Source: Epithemia pelagica (taxonomy: Eukaryota > Protista > Bacillariophyta). Taken from it: a DNA stretch of 64,000 nt. The stretch is from contig OX337239.1 of the NCBI GenBank assembly GCA_946965045.2, forward strand, positions 868,001-932,000, written 5' to 3'. Under the pieces are notes generated by a model. That model saw nothing but the letters and a program-made list of their open reading frames with translations. It did no database searches and had not been told where the DNA came from. The position numbers and the translations under genes are program-made. Positions 22,087 to 34,301 of the stretch are shown piece after piece; positions within the stretch are counted from its first letter, which is position 1, and each line of letters starts with the position of its first letter.

Positions 22087-24248
22087 ACCATGACAACGAC
22101 AATATATCTTCGAACGGCCATTACTCCAGCTTGTTCGTATTGGGATCGTCGTCTACTCCATCGTTCTTCCTGGTGCCGTTGCCTCCGAGGAGGCCGTCAT
22201 GGCTCCATCCACTACCCAACCACCACAAGCACAAACACACCAACCACTAACAGAAGCTTCTTTGGGGGACGCCAGTCCTGGTTCTCCTCCTCAGTGCCCG
22301 ATTCTTCCACACTACAAGAACCACCACCACCACCACCAGAGACCATGGAGGATGGTCGCAAGTATTGGAAACCACTGGGACCCGATCGATACCAACATCC
22401 CATTTATGTGGCAGGTACGTGTCTTGGGTTGGATGTTGGATTGCGCATGGTAGTATACGACGAGCGTGTATGTCCTCTTGCTTGGGGAGTTGTTGGAGAG
22501 TGTACGTATGTGTTTTGTAAAGTTTTGGTGATTCTCATGATTCTTTGAATGACTTGTGTGATACGGAATGCTGTGTAACACATCAACAAACAAACAACGA
22601 CACTTTTCTCTGTACCATCCATCTGTGATTGGAAACATGCAGCCACACGACAACATGTCGGGAAAACGACCGTTTCCTTGGCCTTGATGAGTGGATTGCA
22701 AAAACGCTTTGACACGGTTGGCTTTATCAAACCTGTCGGTCAACAACACGTGACAGTTCATTGTGATGACGACCACAGTGACGGTGAAATTCGTGTCGAT
22801 AAAGATGTTTGTTTGGTCAAGGAACATTTTCACTTGCATCATTTGCGCTATGCCGATATGAGTCCCGTCTTGATTCCCAAGGGCTACACCAAACAATTTG
22901 TGCAGGGGGAAATCTCGGTCGACGAACAAGTGCACAAGGTCCACGAGGCCATGCACCGGGTCAGTCACGCCAGTCAAGTCGTCTTGTGCGAAGGGACTGG
23001 TCATACCGCCGTGGGCAGCATTGTCGCCCTCAACAATGCCCAATGTGCCAAACTCATGGGCGCCGATATGGTCTTGGTCGCCAATGGAGGATTGGGCAGT
23101 GCCTTTGATGAGGTGCGTATGTATATGTGTCTGTGTGTATTGGGTGACGGCAAACACTGCGAGTTGTGTCGTGGTCATGGTGTGAGTTTTTGATCACTCA
23201 CTCTGCTTTCCTTGGTTTGGTGGCGCCGTTGCACTTTTACAGTTGGAACTGAATCGAATCTTGTGTCAACACTACAATGTACGGATTGCCGGCATTGTCA
23301 TTAACAAGGTAATTCCCGATCGATTGGAACAAACCAAACATTTCATGACCAAGGCGATCGAAAAAGCCAATTGGGGGATTCCACTCTTGGGATGGTACGT
23401 GTTTTGTGCCGTATTTTGTGAGAGTGAGAGAGAGTGTTGCAAATGGGAGAAACGACCGAGTCTACCAGTGTGTTGGTGTCTTGCGCATGGCGTTGTATGC
23501 GGGGTGTGTCTATCAGTCTCTCACTGGATCCATGGTTACTCTCTCTCTCTTTATGAAACTGTATCGTTTTGCAGCGTCCCGGATCGCAAATTTTTGGGAT
23601 GTCCTGCCTTGGCTGATTTGGAACGCTTGTTTCAAACAACTCTCTTGTCCGGTCAGAAACATCGATTTCGACATTACAGTCCCAGTGAAATCAATTTGGT
23701 CGTGACGGATCTCAAGCGATTTCTGCAAAATTTGAGGTACGTTTCCAAACCACAAGACTTTTGTTTTTTAAACTCATGGAACACTTATCGTTGTTGTCGT
23801 TTCCTGTGTCGTGCTTGTCTGGTCTGGTGTCGTCATGAACTGTAGAATACGAAATCGTCGTACCTTGTATATTTGTCATTCCACGCGGGAGGATTTGATT
23901 TTGGGATTTTTGGGTGAGTACCAACGCATCAAGCAAGAAAGCAGCAGCGACGACAATGCCTTTGAAGCAGCCTTGATTGTCTGTGGTCGCAAGGGCGTGT
24001 ATCAATTGTCTCGGGAGGTGGAAGATATGATTGTCAGTCATGTCGAAGCACCAGTCTTGCATGTGGGCTTGTCCAGTCACGATGTTGTGAGTCGCATTCA
24101 TGGATTTACTCCCAAACTCAATTTGGAAGATCGCAATCGCGTCGATGTCGCCGTCGATCATTACGAAGGCTTTCTGGATTTTGAGACTCTGTTGGAACGG
24201 ACGCAAAGCAGCAGTTATCACGAGGAGCCAACCACAACGACTCGATAG
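22087..24248 (+). CDS. Stand-alone phosphotransacetylase N-terminal-like protein (BioD-like P-loop plus DRTGG-type domain), 5 exons
   Basis: Exons 22087-22414, 22643-23112, 23243-23394, 23575-23736 and 23846-24248, with GT-AG introns that splice in frame. Motifs PIYVAATRQHVGKTT, GFIKPVGQ, VVLCEGTGH, NNAQCA..LVANGGLGSAFDELELN, HSTREDL. No Pta catalytic domain. Arg/Ser-rich N-terminus suggests mitochondrial import. Confidence 0.88.
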
Positions 24249-25550
24249 GTCGAAGAAGTAAAGTTAGTGCGGTTAGAGAGAGAAGAGAAGAAGAAGAAGA
24301 AGAGGAATCGCTCTTGGAATTTTGCCTCGAGTGGGACAATTTCGTTCGACCATGGGGCCCTTTCTCTCACCGCCCGGCCTCAACAAGGTTGTGTTTGCCT
24401 TGCAAACTTCAATGGCACACAATGACAACATTCGTACCCGAGACATGAGAGGACCAGAACAAAAACAACGAGCCATGGAGTCGTTTCGTCATAAGGTGAA
24501 AGGATCATTGTACTCGTTCGAGTATAGGTTTGGCTATGACCACCTATGGCCACCCCTAGAGAGGAGAGACTCACGAACCGTTCAATTTACTCCTTGGCAG
24601 TAGGTCTGAGCATAGGTTTCAAAGCTAATCTAAAGCTCTTCAACTACCTATGTATTGTGATTAATTTCAAACTGTTACTTTCTATCGAGACGACGCATAT
24701 AGCCCTAACTTTGTGCGAGAAACGACCTCGTTCATTCCGTCGTTCTTCGATTGATCCAGATCAAGCGAAAGGGAGGTTTGCCGAGTGCACAAAAGATTCT
24801 AGGAGAACTGACGGACACGGAACCATTCAAATCATCACTGCGGAAAATCGGGGTTTCCATTTCATTTGGGCCATGACTGCAGTCTTTGCATCTACGCAAT
24901 CAGAAAAATGTATGATCCTTGGAGGATGATAATTTCCTCTACGTCGCCTCGTAATCTGGAAAGAAACAAAAGCAACAACAGAACTCACCCCGTGGCATTA
25001 TTTTGTCTTTTTATGAATCACTCCCTCCATCGTCATCCGAAATACGCACTCATACCTCGACGACTTCCCTACGTCTAACCTTACCTATTGGTCCAGTGGA
25101 GACAAATCTTTGTGGAGACGGTTCACCCGCCAGGCGTGCGGGTGAGGACTTCTTTTATACGCGATTCAAAGGCGGTCGTCCCCCCGACCATCCCCCAAAC
25201 CCGCGCATATCTTTGTGGTTCGTCGTCGCTCTCTCTCTCTGTCGCACACACGGACACGATGACTGCCGTGGTGACCGTACAACAGCACCTTCGCGAAAAA
25301 AAACATTCGCGCAAATCTTCGTACTCAACACATCAAAGAGAAAGTGGCGAGCACAACGGATCCTTACGAGTAACACACACAAATCGTTGCCCTTCCCTCC
25401 TGTATTGTCATTATCATCATCATCTCCGCTTTTCCTAATAATTTGGCTGGACCTTGACCAAAATCCAGCGTAGGTTTGATAACGTCCGAGAGATCCGCAA
25501 GTCCCCATTATTGTTGTCTGGATCCTCCTTGTGCCACTTGAACGACTACC

Positions 25551-26558
25551 ATGGGAAAAAAGAGTCGCAAAGGTCAATCCAGAGCCGGAAACAAGGTTCA
25601 TCCGAAGCATGGCGAAGGGCATGTGCGCCATTTGCATCAAGAACATGTCACGGCCAAATTAGTTGCTACCGAGGAAACAACGACGACTACCGATTCTACG
25701 ACCAAACCCGAAGAGACCGACGCCCCTACTACTACCACCAGTACTAGCACTACCGCCACGACTACCAAGACGACGACCACCACCAATGGTTCAAGCGAAG
25801 GAAACTCACACAAGGAATTTACCAAATCCTTTCAAACGGCATCAGGAGCAACCTCGCAACCGGAATCTCCCAACCACGACAAACAGGTTGCGTCCTCGAC
25901 ATTGAGCGCCAAACCAACCGCCGCCACAAAGGAGCCAACGGCCGTACCGGCTTCTCCCGACACTGGCGTCACGTCTATTACCACCAAGGCGGAAACGCTC
26001 ACGACCAGTCCACCTCTTGCAGCTACCAAGACGGTCCGTACGGCACGCTTTGCCATGCTGCACGATCCATCGCTCCCCGTTGAAACTGTGACGGTTCCAC
26101 CCAAGGCCACGTCGTCGTCTTCCAATGTCAGCGCCGCGGCACAAGCCTTGGGAACCAATCCTTGCAATGCCACTGCGACGGTTCAAGAACGACTGGCTTG
26201 GGAAGAATCCTTTCCCTTGGCCTTGTGGGCAGCATCTACGACGACAACGACGACGACTGCTTCTGCAACTACAGCAACCCCCAAACCATCCCCCGCACAA
26301 TCCTCCAATAGTACCAACACCAAAGCTGAAACCAAGAAAAAGAGCAAGAGCAAGTCAGCACAAAACGCTTCCTCGAATGTCGTCCAGGAGACTGAACCCG
26401 CATCATCAACCTCTCGTTCCTTGTCGTTGCCCGTGGAGGACGACCAGAGCGACAAGGATGCAAAACCCAACAAGGAACCTGGTCTGGATTGGAAACCGGT
26501 GGCCGCTGCAGCAGTCTTTGCCCTGGCGGTCGTGGCAGCCATGCGTTGGAAACGATAA
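25551..26558 (+). CDS. Thr/Ser-rich low-complexity protein with a C-terminal tail anchor
   Basis: ATG-initiated 335-codon ORF. A single hydrophobic segment at the extreme C-terminus (VAAAAVFALAVVAAM) is followed by basic RWKR*. Confidence 0.75.
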   Translation: MGKKSRKGQSRAGNKVHPKHGEGHVRHLHQEHVTAKLVATEETTTTTDSTTKPEETDAPTTTTSTSTTATTTKTTTTTNGSSEGNSHKEFTKSFQTASGATSQPESPNHDKQVASSTLSAKPTAATKEPTAVPASPDTGVTSITTKAETLTTSPPLAATKTVRTARFAMLHDPSLPVETVTVPPKATSSSSNVSAAAQALGTNPCNATATVQERLAWEESFPLALWAASTTTTTTTASATTATPKPSPAQSSNSTNTKAETKKKSKSKSAQNASSNVVQETEPASSTSRSLSLPVEDDQSDKDAKPNKEPGLDWKPVAAAAVFALAVVAAMRWKR

Positions 26559-27008
26559 AGAAAAAAAGAGTCGCATTGTCCCTTTTGCACACACACACAC
26601 AGAAAGACATACACACATATATACAAAGAGAGAAGCACCACAAAGTAAAAAAAGACTGTACCAAGAAAGCTTGACGATGCAGGCTCTTTTGTTCCCCTAC
26701 AAATTTCACACCATTCTCTTTGGTCGGTCGATGTACGATTCGCCAACTATTCTAAATACAGATATTCTCTACACATTGAGTTGTATTATGAGATATAGTT
26801 CTAGGCTATACGGCGCTGTTGTCTTAACCCCAGAACGAAAGAATGAGTATTAACATCCTTCTTGCGATGTAGACGAAAGATGAGGAAAGGAGTCTGTAGA
26901 AGCGTCAACGACAGGTACGTTGTCCCTGGTTTTGTCTATAACTAAAAGCATCTTCTCTCACAGAGTATTATCTACCTTCTTCGACTACATGACCGCAATT
27001 TCATTGGA

Positions 27009-27935
27009 TTACTGGCAGGCGGATGATCCTAGCAATGGTGGAACATTGACTTCGAGGGATTCGTCAAAGTCGCCCGTAAATCCCACAGCCTGCGCCAAAT
27101 CAGACAGGGATCGTTCTCCGGCCAAGGCTTGTCCGTTCCCCAAGACCCAAGTGGGAAATCCGGTAATTTCCGGAGCCTTACGACCACGACGGCCTCCCTT
27201 TCCAATCCCACAGAGTTGAGGTTGGGCTTGATAGCCTTGGGGAGCACATTCCACAGTCTGCAATTGTGCCCAAGCCTGACGACCCCAAACTTCTCGATGT
27301 CGTGCACAATGAGGACACCAATAGGCTGTGTAAATCACAGCTCCCGATTCTCTTACAAATTGAGCCAAGGCAATGGCTTGATCGGTCGAATTGCGTTGAA
27401 TACGTTTGGGAACGTATGCGAATTGACCGTCGGCATTTCGTACTGGAAAGTATCCCAATTCTTCGGCAATCACTGCAATCGGGGGAGCTGCATTGACCGG
27501 AGTGGGTTGAGATACCACGCCGCTGATCGCCAACAAGGATGAGGTGACTAGCCATGGAATCGAAAAGAGAGACCGACGATCGAAAAGGGAAACTCCACCC
27601 CTTTTGGCAGTGTTGTCGACGTAGTCTGTGGAAAGCGGTATTTGCTCTTTCTGGTACTGTTTCAGATTTTGTCCAGTTCTTCTTGTGGTCATATGGTCGT
27701 CACTTTCATCGTGATTTGTAGAGGAGGCCGGTAAAGACGACGACAAGGAATGAAAGGGTAATTCTCCGAGGCGATCTCCGATACACTCACGAATTACACG
27801 TCTACCAGACGTTGAGGGACTACTAGATAATAATGCCTCAACTCGGACAAGGCGTGATACTGGAAGTTCCCAACCAAACAAGAACACACAAAACATCCAA
27901 CAAGGAAGTGCGTGTATCGTTTGCTTCGTCCTCAT
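27009..27935 (-). CDS. Thioredoxin-like (WCPHC) protein resembling the soluble domain of LTO1/VKOR-Trx; probably thylakoid-lumenal
   Basis: YTAYWCPHCARHREVWG..VECAP..C..ITGFPTWVL..GERSLSDLA. Bipartite-type N-terminus, then DRRSLF..hydrophobic..PVNA-AP (Tat-like signal). No VKOR membrane domain. Confidence 0.85.
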   Translation of the reverse strand: MRTKQTIHALPCWMFCVFLFGWELPVSRLVRVEALLSSSPSTSGRRVIRECIGDRLGELPFHSLSSSLPASSTNHDESDDHMTTRRTGQNLKQYQKEQIPLSTDYVDNTAKRGGVSLFDRRSLFSIPWLVTSSLLAISGVVSQPTPVNAAPPIAVIAEELGYFPVRNADGQFAYVPKRIQRNSTDQAIALAQFVRESGAVIYTAYWCPHCARHREVWGRQAWAQLQTVECAPQGYQAQPQLCGIGKGGRRGRKAPEITGFPTWVLGNGQALAGERSLSDLAQAVGFTGDFDESLEVNVPPLLGSSACQ

Positions 27936-28363
27936 GGCGGCTTTTATTCGGATCTCATGACAACATGATTCGGCGTTGTCGGCAGACCATCATCAAGATT
28001 TTCTTTCGACTCAAAAGCGAGTCACTGCTTGACGGTCGGACGGCGAAACGAATCTCTTGTGGTCGCATTTCATTGGTTGATCTGGTAGGGTCTGATTGGA
28101 TCTCCCCCAAATAACCCCCACCTTCCACCTTCCTTGAGGGAGAGGTGGACCGTCTCACCTTTTTCATGCAACGCTCACTTCTGTTTTCTCACAACGATGA
28201 AGGTGCTCTTCCTTTCTCCATTAAAAGCTCCCTTCTATTGTGTAACGAACTATATGACAGCGATGGCAGTCAAGCGAGTCTATTAAATATTTGTAGTGGG
28301 AGAATCTATTGTCTTGTTCCGGATAAGAAGAGCGGAGCCCAAAATCCAAAGGACCTGCAGCTA

Positions 28364-29600
28364 CTACTGCGGTTGGTAGAGCTCCGGCGAATCCAGTTTC
28401 GGATTCTTGTATTCCATGTAGGAAAGGACCATCCATTGACAATGGCATTTGACGACAGCTTCGGAGAGTTTGGCAATACTGCGTGGCGTTGCTGCCACAA
28501 CCGTGTTCATGGAGCCACTCACAAGCCCCAAAGTGTTGCTTCCTGTACTGGTACTACCGCTGATCAACAAGGACAAATCATGAGAACAGCGCGACAATTG
28601 ATGTCGATGAAATTCTCGTTTGCAATACTGTCGTATCATATGCACATACAGATACAATGATTTCCACGCCGCCATGAGCAGAGATCGTATCCTCTCAGGA
28701 TCACTACTAGCATGTTCCTCGTCATTTTCTTTTGTCTCCGCCTGGTCTCTTGCATCTATTGCCTTGTCACGGACCGCCATGACTAAGGAATGCCACTTGG
28801 ACAAGGATACTATACACTGGTTCAAGTTGTAGGACAGACCATGGTCGTCCTCCTCCATAATCGATTCCACAGCCTCCGCTGGATCGATCGAGATGGTGTC
28901 GTGCAACTCTTGTACTCTGATAAAACAGAGAGAAAAGACAAATCAATCATGTGACAACAAGCAAGTTCATCCAACATACATATGGTGAGAACAGCCAGTC
29001 AGTCATCTGAAGCAACGAGTTTCTTGTGTTGTGGAAGCAACGCCAGGTGCATACGTACAATTGTTCGTCAAGGCTCTGAGAGGTAGCTGCATCCAGGAGG
29101 CAACATACCGAGATTTCAAACCCCTGGTGAGCTTCTAAGAGTTTGTCACGAACTAGTTTTTGTTGCTTTTGCAAAGGATTTGTGGTGGAACTTGCCGTGG
29201 CTGCGGCAGCAGCAGCTGCAGAACTGCCGGCATAGGACAAACTTTTACGGCCACCACCACTCAACCGTTGGTGAAGGCCATGGGCCGAGGAGGCAGCCAG
29301 AGCAATTCTGGACAAGGCACCCTGTGAAGCTCGTCGAATATGGGATTGTCGTGTTGTCGCTGCCGCCGATGTCGACGATGACGGTAACAGCAATAAAGAA
29401 GAGGAAGACAAACTGGATGCCAAATGGGATGCGATTTTGTTGGAATACGGATCGTTGCTTACCGCCTTGCCCTTCTTGACGACGACTGCGTCTACAGAAG
29501 AACTTGGTGTTGTCGGCGTCTCGTTTTCGACAATGCTCTTGTCGTTACCCGCAGTGCGAACACTGCTGTTCTTCTTGTTCTTCCCCACAAACTTGAGCAT
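28364..29600 (-). CDS. Uncharacterised helical protein (paralogue A), 2 exons (29600-29059, 28916-28364)
   Basis: The phase-2 GT-AG intron 29058-28917 (GTACGT..TATCAG) joins DEQL/VQELHDT in frame. Homologous to 30496-32077. Confidence 0.8.
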
Positions 29601-30495
29601 GGTTTTTCCATGAAACCGAGACCGTGTTAGTATATTGAAATGGGTTCAATTGTTGTTGTGCTTTGGTCACAGAATAACGTGGCGGAGCCCGTGGCTTGTT
29701 CCACTAGGGTGGCCAATGGCTCAATGCAAGCTTCAAACGTTGTGTTAATGTCGACGGACAGAGTTACTTCTGTTCGTGTCCAACAACAACAACAAAGTTC
29801 CGACACAGCCAGCAGAAAGCGGAGCCCTCAAAACAAAGACACTTGGTTCAACATGCCCAACCAGTATCGTACCCCATCAGCCCCCATGCAGTTGTTAATT
29901 TGAGGCGTAGTTCCACGCGAAACGGGGTTTCCCCAACCGTCTTTTATAGAGCGGCGCGCGTACCAACAAATTTGAACTGACACGTCATAACGCCTATAAC
30001 GGAGTATTATCAAGGCGCGCCAGTCACCAAGTCTTGCTTTTCGGTAACTAGATGAAAAATTTCCTTTCAACGGTACTAGCAGGTTTAAGGCATGCGTGCT
30101 TCGGGGCTATACAAGATCAAAAACGATTTAAGAATCGTCACTATGATCCATAGTGTAAGACATGTGCTCCACTCCCGCCACTTGAGATCCCGGAACCCCG
30201 ACTGGCCATCGCCAATGCCCCCAATCGCTTGTTCTCTCAAAATGGAGTTTTTCTTGTCTTGTCACTCATCATCATCGTGTGTGTTTGAGTTCCTGGGATC
30301 TTGCCGCACCATTGTCGCAAGATTGTTTCCATATCCATCAGACTCTCTTTTACGTACCGTCAACTCGCTTGTCCGATTCTCTTTTGAGCAGAATTGACAG
30401 ACCACAGGGTATATTCACATTCCGCATATCTCGTGCCACTACTCTATTCTCATTTGATTCTACGGCTCCAGCAGTTCTAACGATCAGCGTCTAGA

Positions 30496-32077
30496 ATGTT
30501 GAACAATCTCTTGGGTTCCCTGCCTTCACCGTATCCAAAGCCGCGAAGTCACTCATCCATAAAGGAAGATCCAGTAACACCTTCCACAGCTCCACCCAAC
30601 GACCACGAAAAAAATAACAGAGGCCCAAACCCCTTGTTGCGGACCCCCATTCTTTTGTCATCGGTCCTACGTCATCGGCAGCATCGGGGAACCCACACCA
30701 ATATGGCATCCACTTCAGTGGAAGAGCAACAGGATCGGAGACTCAAGAAAGCACAAGAACGTTTTGAAGCTTCCTTAGATGACTTGCTAGATTTCCTTTC
30801 GATTCAAGGAATGGTGGATCCTTGTCAGTAAGTGTCATTATTCATGTGTCATTATTCATGTGACTTCTGGAACGGGCCAGAAAAATACTAATATTTACTG
30901 TGTCTTTGCTTACTGGGTCTCCCTGCTTTGTTTGTGATTTTATTCCGGGCGCAGCATGGAAGCCATTAAATCGACCATTACAGCCGATCCAACGACAACC
31001 GCAACCTTTCTGGACGAAGGTTACGGGTGCTTGTATTACTGTCGGAGTTGTATCAATGCGCTCCGAAATGTGCAAGACGAACAACCCATGATTGGCTCTC
31101 GCCACTATAGTACAATCATGGAACGTGTCGAAAACGGTGGCGACAGCAGTGACAGTCATGGCCAAGATTGTATCCCGGATAAAGATTCGGAACCGTCTTC
31201 CAATGATGATATCGCAACACCTCAAAAACAGCAGAACCCGAACACACAACAAACGGAACCCGACCAAACCAAAAGCGACAACACGGAAGAACATTGTCGC
31301 CGTCAACAACAAACCTTGTCGGTGGTTCTCTTGTTGACCCTTTCCGCATGGGAATGTTTGGGCCGTTACCTGACCTTGATTCAGAAACGTATGCTTCGTC
31401 AACAACACACAGTGTCCTTGATTCAATCCAGTACCATGCACAAAAGGCAACGGCGACGACGCATTGCTGCCTGTGGTGGTATTGTGTCACAGCAAATTAT
31501 TGGACACGTATCCGAAGCCGTAGTGACCTGTCAAACACAATGGATGGCAATCAATCAGCAATATCAGCGCTATTGCAAGCAACAACAACAGCAACAACAA
31601 ACGGCCTTTAAGAGCAATGTGACAACTACTGAGCATGATATCCCCCATGCTCTGGTGGCAAACTTGATGAACCAATATTCGAACGACAGCAGTCAAGAGA
31701 GCGGCGCAACGGCGACTCGAAACGAGCCTACGAGCAAACGTCTGTTTTGTGACGATCCTGAAAATGATGATAATAATGGCAGCGACGATGGTCATGGTAC
31801 CGTTGTCCTGTCGGAGGACGACCATGATGACGATGACGAAAGTCTGGTTCTATCCACAGAAAGGGAAACGACAAGGACAACAACAAAATCAACGTCTTTG
31901 GATGTCGTCGCATCATCCTTGGTCGAAAAGAATCCTGCTACGGACGACGACGAGGACGACGACAAGAGTGTTGGTAGTTCCACCACGGCAACCACGGCGG
32001 AGGACACTGCCATGAGTAGCACGAGTAGTAGCTGTGGCGACAGTTGCAGCAACTCGACAGGCTTGACAACTCCCTAA
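30496..32077 (+). CDS. Uncharacterised helical protein (paralogue B), 2 exons (30496 or 30703 to 30827; 30955-32077)
   Basis: The phase-2 intron 30828-30954 (GTAAGT..GCAG) joins DPCH/MEAIK in frame. Shares blocks with 28364-29600. Acidic Ser/Thr-rich tail. Confidence 0.8.
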
Positions 32078-32550
32078 AAAATAAAGGAAAAAGGAGAGAA
32101 AATCATGTCGAGACACACACACATGATGCGAACAACCAGGAAAGAACGTTATGATTTGATGATTGAAGGTGAAGGGCGCAGTGTGTGGAGGGAACAGGAG
32201 CAACGTTTCTCGATGCAACATGTAGCATGGAGAGGGAAACGAGAGTTGTGGTATATACGTATCCGTAGACTGCTGTATGTTTTAGTATTCCTAAACGACA
32301 AGTTTCTGTGACTGTAGTCCTATTAGATTGAGAAGAATCAACAAAGTGATGAGTCTCTCTTTTGATCCGCAGAGGTAACAGTAGACTGTTACAGTGGCAC
32401 CTTCGACTTGGCCTTTTCGTATCATTGCTGCGCTTCTTACACGCAGTTACGGATTCTCACCCTTTTCTATCGGACTATCCATCCATGAAAACGCAGCGCA
32501 TGTGTGCTTTAGTTTACAAAGAAGAAGAAGTAGAAGAAAGAAGGATATAA

Positions 32551-33805
32551 TTACTGTTCTTTTGGCTTTTCTTGGGGTGGTAATGATGATGATTGTTGTT
32601 CGGATGATACGGTTTTGGGTTTGGTGCTGGTAGTTTTGATGGAATACCGTCCCAAAAAGAATTGGAAAAAGAGTACCAGGTAGCTGCCGTACATGACCAA
32701 GGCCGCAACGGAATTGGCTCGATTAATGTAGCAATTTTCCGATTGTTTGACAAAAAAGAGATAATTGGTCACAATGGTGGCGGCTACACCGGCCACCATT
32801 TGGGCAATTTGCAACAGGGTAATCCAAACGGCATTGAACCATTTGGGTTTGCACCGGGCGGCCATTAAAAAGTAATAAAAGTACATAATGGAATGGACCG
32901 TGTAATTCATGACACAAAACAAAATTCCGGCCGGGGCCTTGTAGACATAGGAATGCCAACAATACAACAAGACCGAAACGTGATGGTACCAATGCAAGAA
33001 AATCAAGGGTTTCTTGTGAATGACAATGAAAAAGGTGTCCAACAACTCACTGAACGACGATGACGCCGCCGGCGATAATAACATCAACAAAAAGAACGAC
33101 AGTGAGACAGACAAGAGGACAGCACATTAGTCAGGTCAGACAGGATCAACTGGACGCATCGGGTGATGTGCGCAACTTTGGATGTATACGTACGGGAATT
33201 TGGACAAGCAAAAGAGTTGGACCCACAATCCAGTGGTACCCGATCCAAAATGCGATTCGGGGTCCATACAAAAGTTTTCTTCGACACTGTAAAAGGAATA
33301 CAAATGCCAGAGGGCGGGGAGGGTCCGAATCACCCCCACGGCCGAAAAGGCCGACAAGAACAAATTCCACACGGCCAAGGTGATGCGCCAATTCCATCGA
33401 GGTCGTGTGGTAAAATAGGCTTGTCCAACTGGAATCAAGACCATGTACAAGACACAGGCGACAATGGGGACCCAAGGATGAACGGCCATCCAATCACGGA
33501 CCGGAATGGTATCATAGGATTTTTCAGCACTGTTGGTGTGGCAGTGGTAGAACACAGTTATTGTGTGAGAGATTTCTACGAGGCAAACAACAACAAGGCC
33601 AAACTGGTTGTCGTTCTGGATTCGTCTTTGGTCGATGACAATCCTCTTGCTGCATGACGACGACGACGAGGACAACTCACTCGAAATAGGTCCATGAAAG
33701 GATGCTCTGTTTGTACAAACACGACGTTTCTTCATAGGGCAAACCACCAATGTTGTACTTGACACAGGAATTATCTCCCATGGAAGGAAACCAGGATTTC
33801 ACCAT
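32551..33805 (-). CDS. ELO/GNS1/SUR4-family fatty-acid elongase (LHWYHH type), 3 exons (33805-33681, 33529-33194, 33049-32551)
   Basis: [48 protein letters not shown]. Introns 33680-33530 (GTGAGT..CAG) and 33193-33050 (GTACGT..CAG) splice in frame. ATG at 33805 or 33781. Confidence 0.95.
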
Positions 33806-34301
33806 GATGCTGCGTGTGGGTTCTGGAATGTGGATTGAACGGATGGTCTATTATGCTTCCAAAGAGTCTTGGTTGCTTCCCAACAATGGCAAGAACGGTA
33901 TAAAGCTCTTGCTTTGGTATTTTGTATGATACACACAAGGACAGACGCAGCAACGCACAATCCAATACAAAACCACAGAGAAGTTTTGTCTCGTTGTCGA
34001 AATCACGGGTTGTTGTTTTGTCGTTCTTGGGTGTGTCGATTCTCACTCCATCATCGTCAAGTGATAGTGATGACATCATCCCGTGCCGTCGTCATTGGCT
34101 GTTTTGGTCTTGTCGCGCAATCTCTCGCCAGGTTTTTCTATGATCACGCGCACGCCGCTCGATGTGCGGGCGTCTATTGCACGGCGACTGACTGAGTCTC
34201 TCTCTGTCTGTCCGCTGTCCGAAGGGCGTGTATGGACGGTTGGACGGTATCTTTTCTAATCTTTTTTGACGACCAGAATTGCGTTCGACAACGAACCCAT
34301 C

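Noticed and set aside
24322-24603. 93-codon ORF just downstream of the Pta-like gene
   Set aside because: Short, with no motifs and no splice link to the upstream gene, which has its own stop.
30828-30875. 14-bp tandem repeat at the start of the paralogue-B intron; also a 16-bp tandem at ~16322 and GAA/CA microsatellites (~24280, ~26588)
   Set aside because: Ordinary slippage repeats.
3522-33805. Lipid-related genes (PAP2, aquaglyceroporin, elongase) as a functional cluster
   Set aside because: They are separated by many unrelated housekeeping genes over 30 kb, consistent with random eukaryotic gene order.
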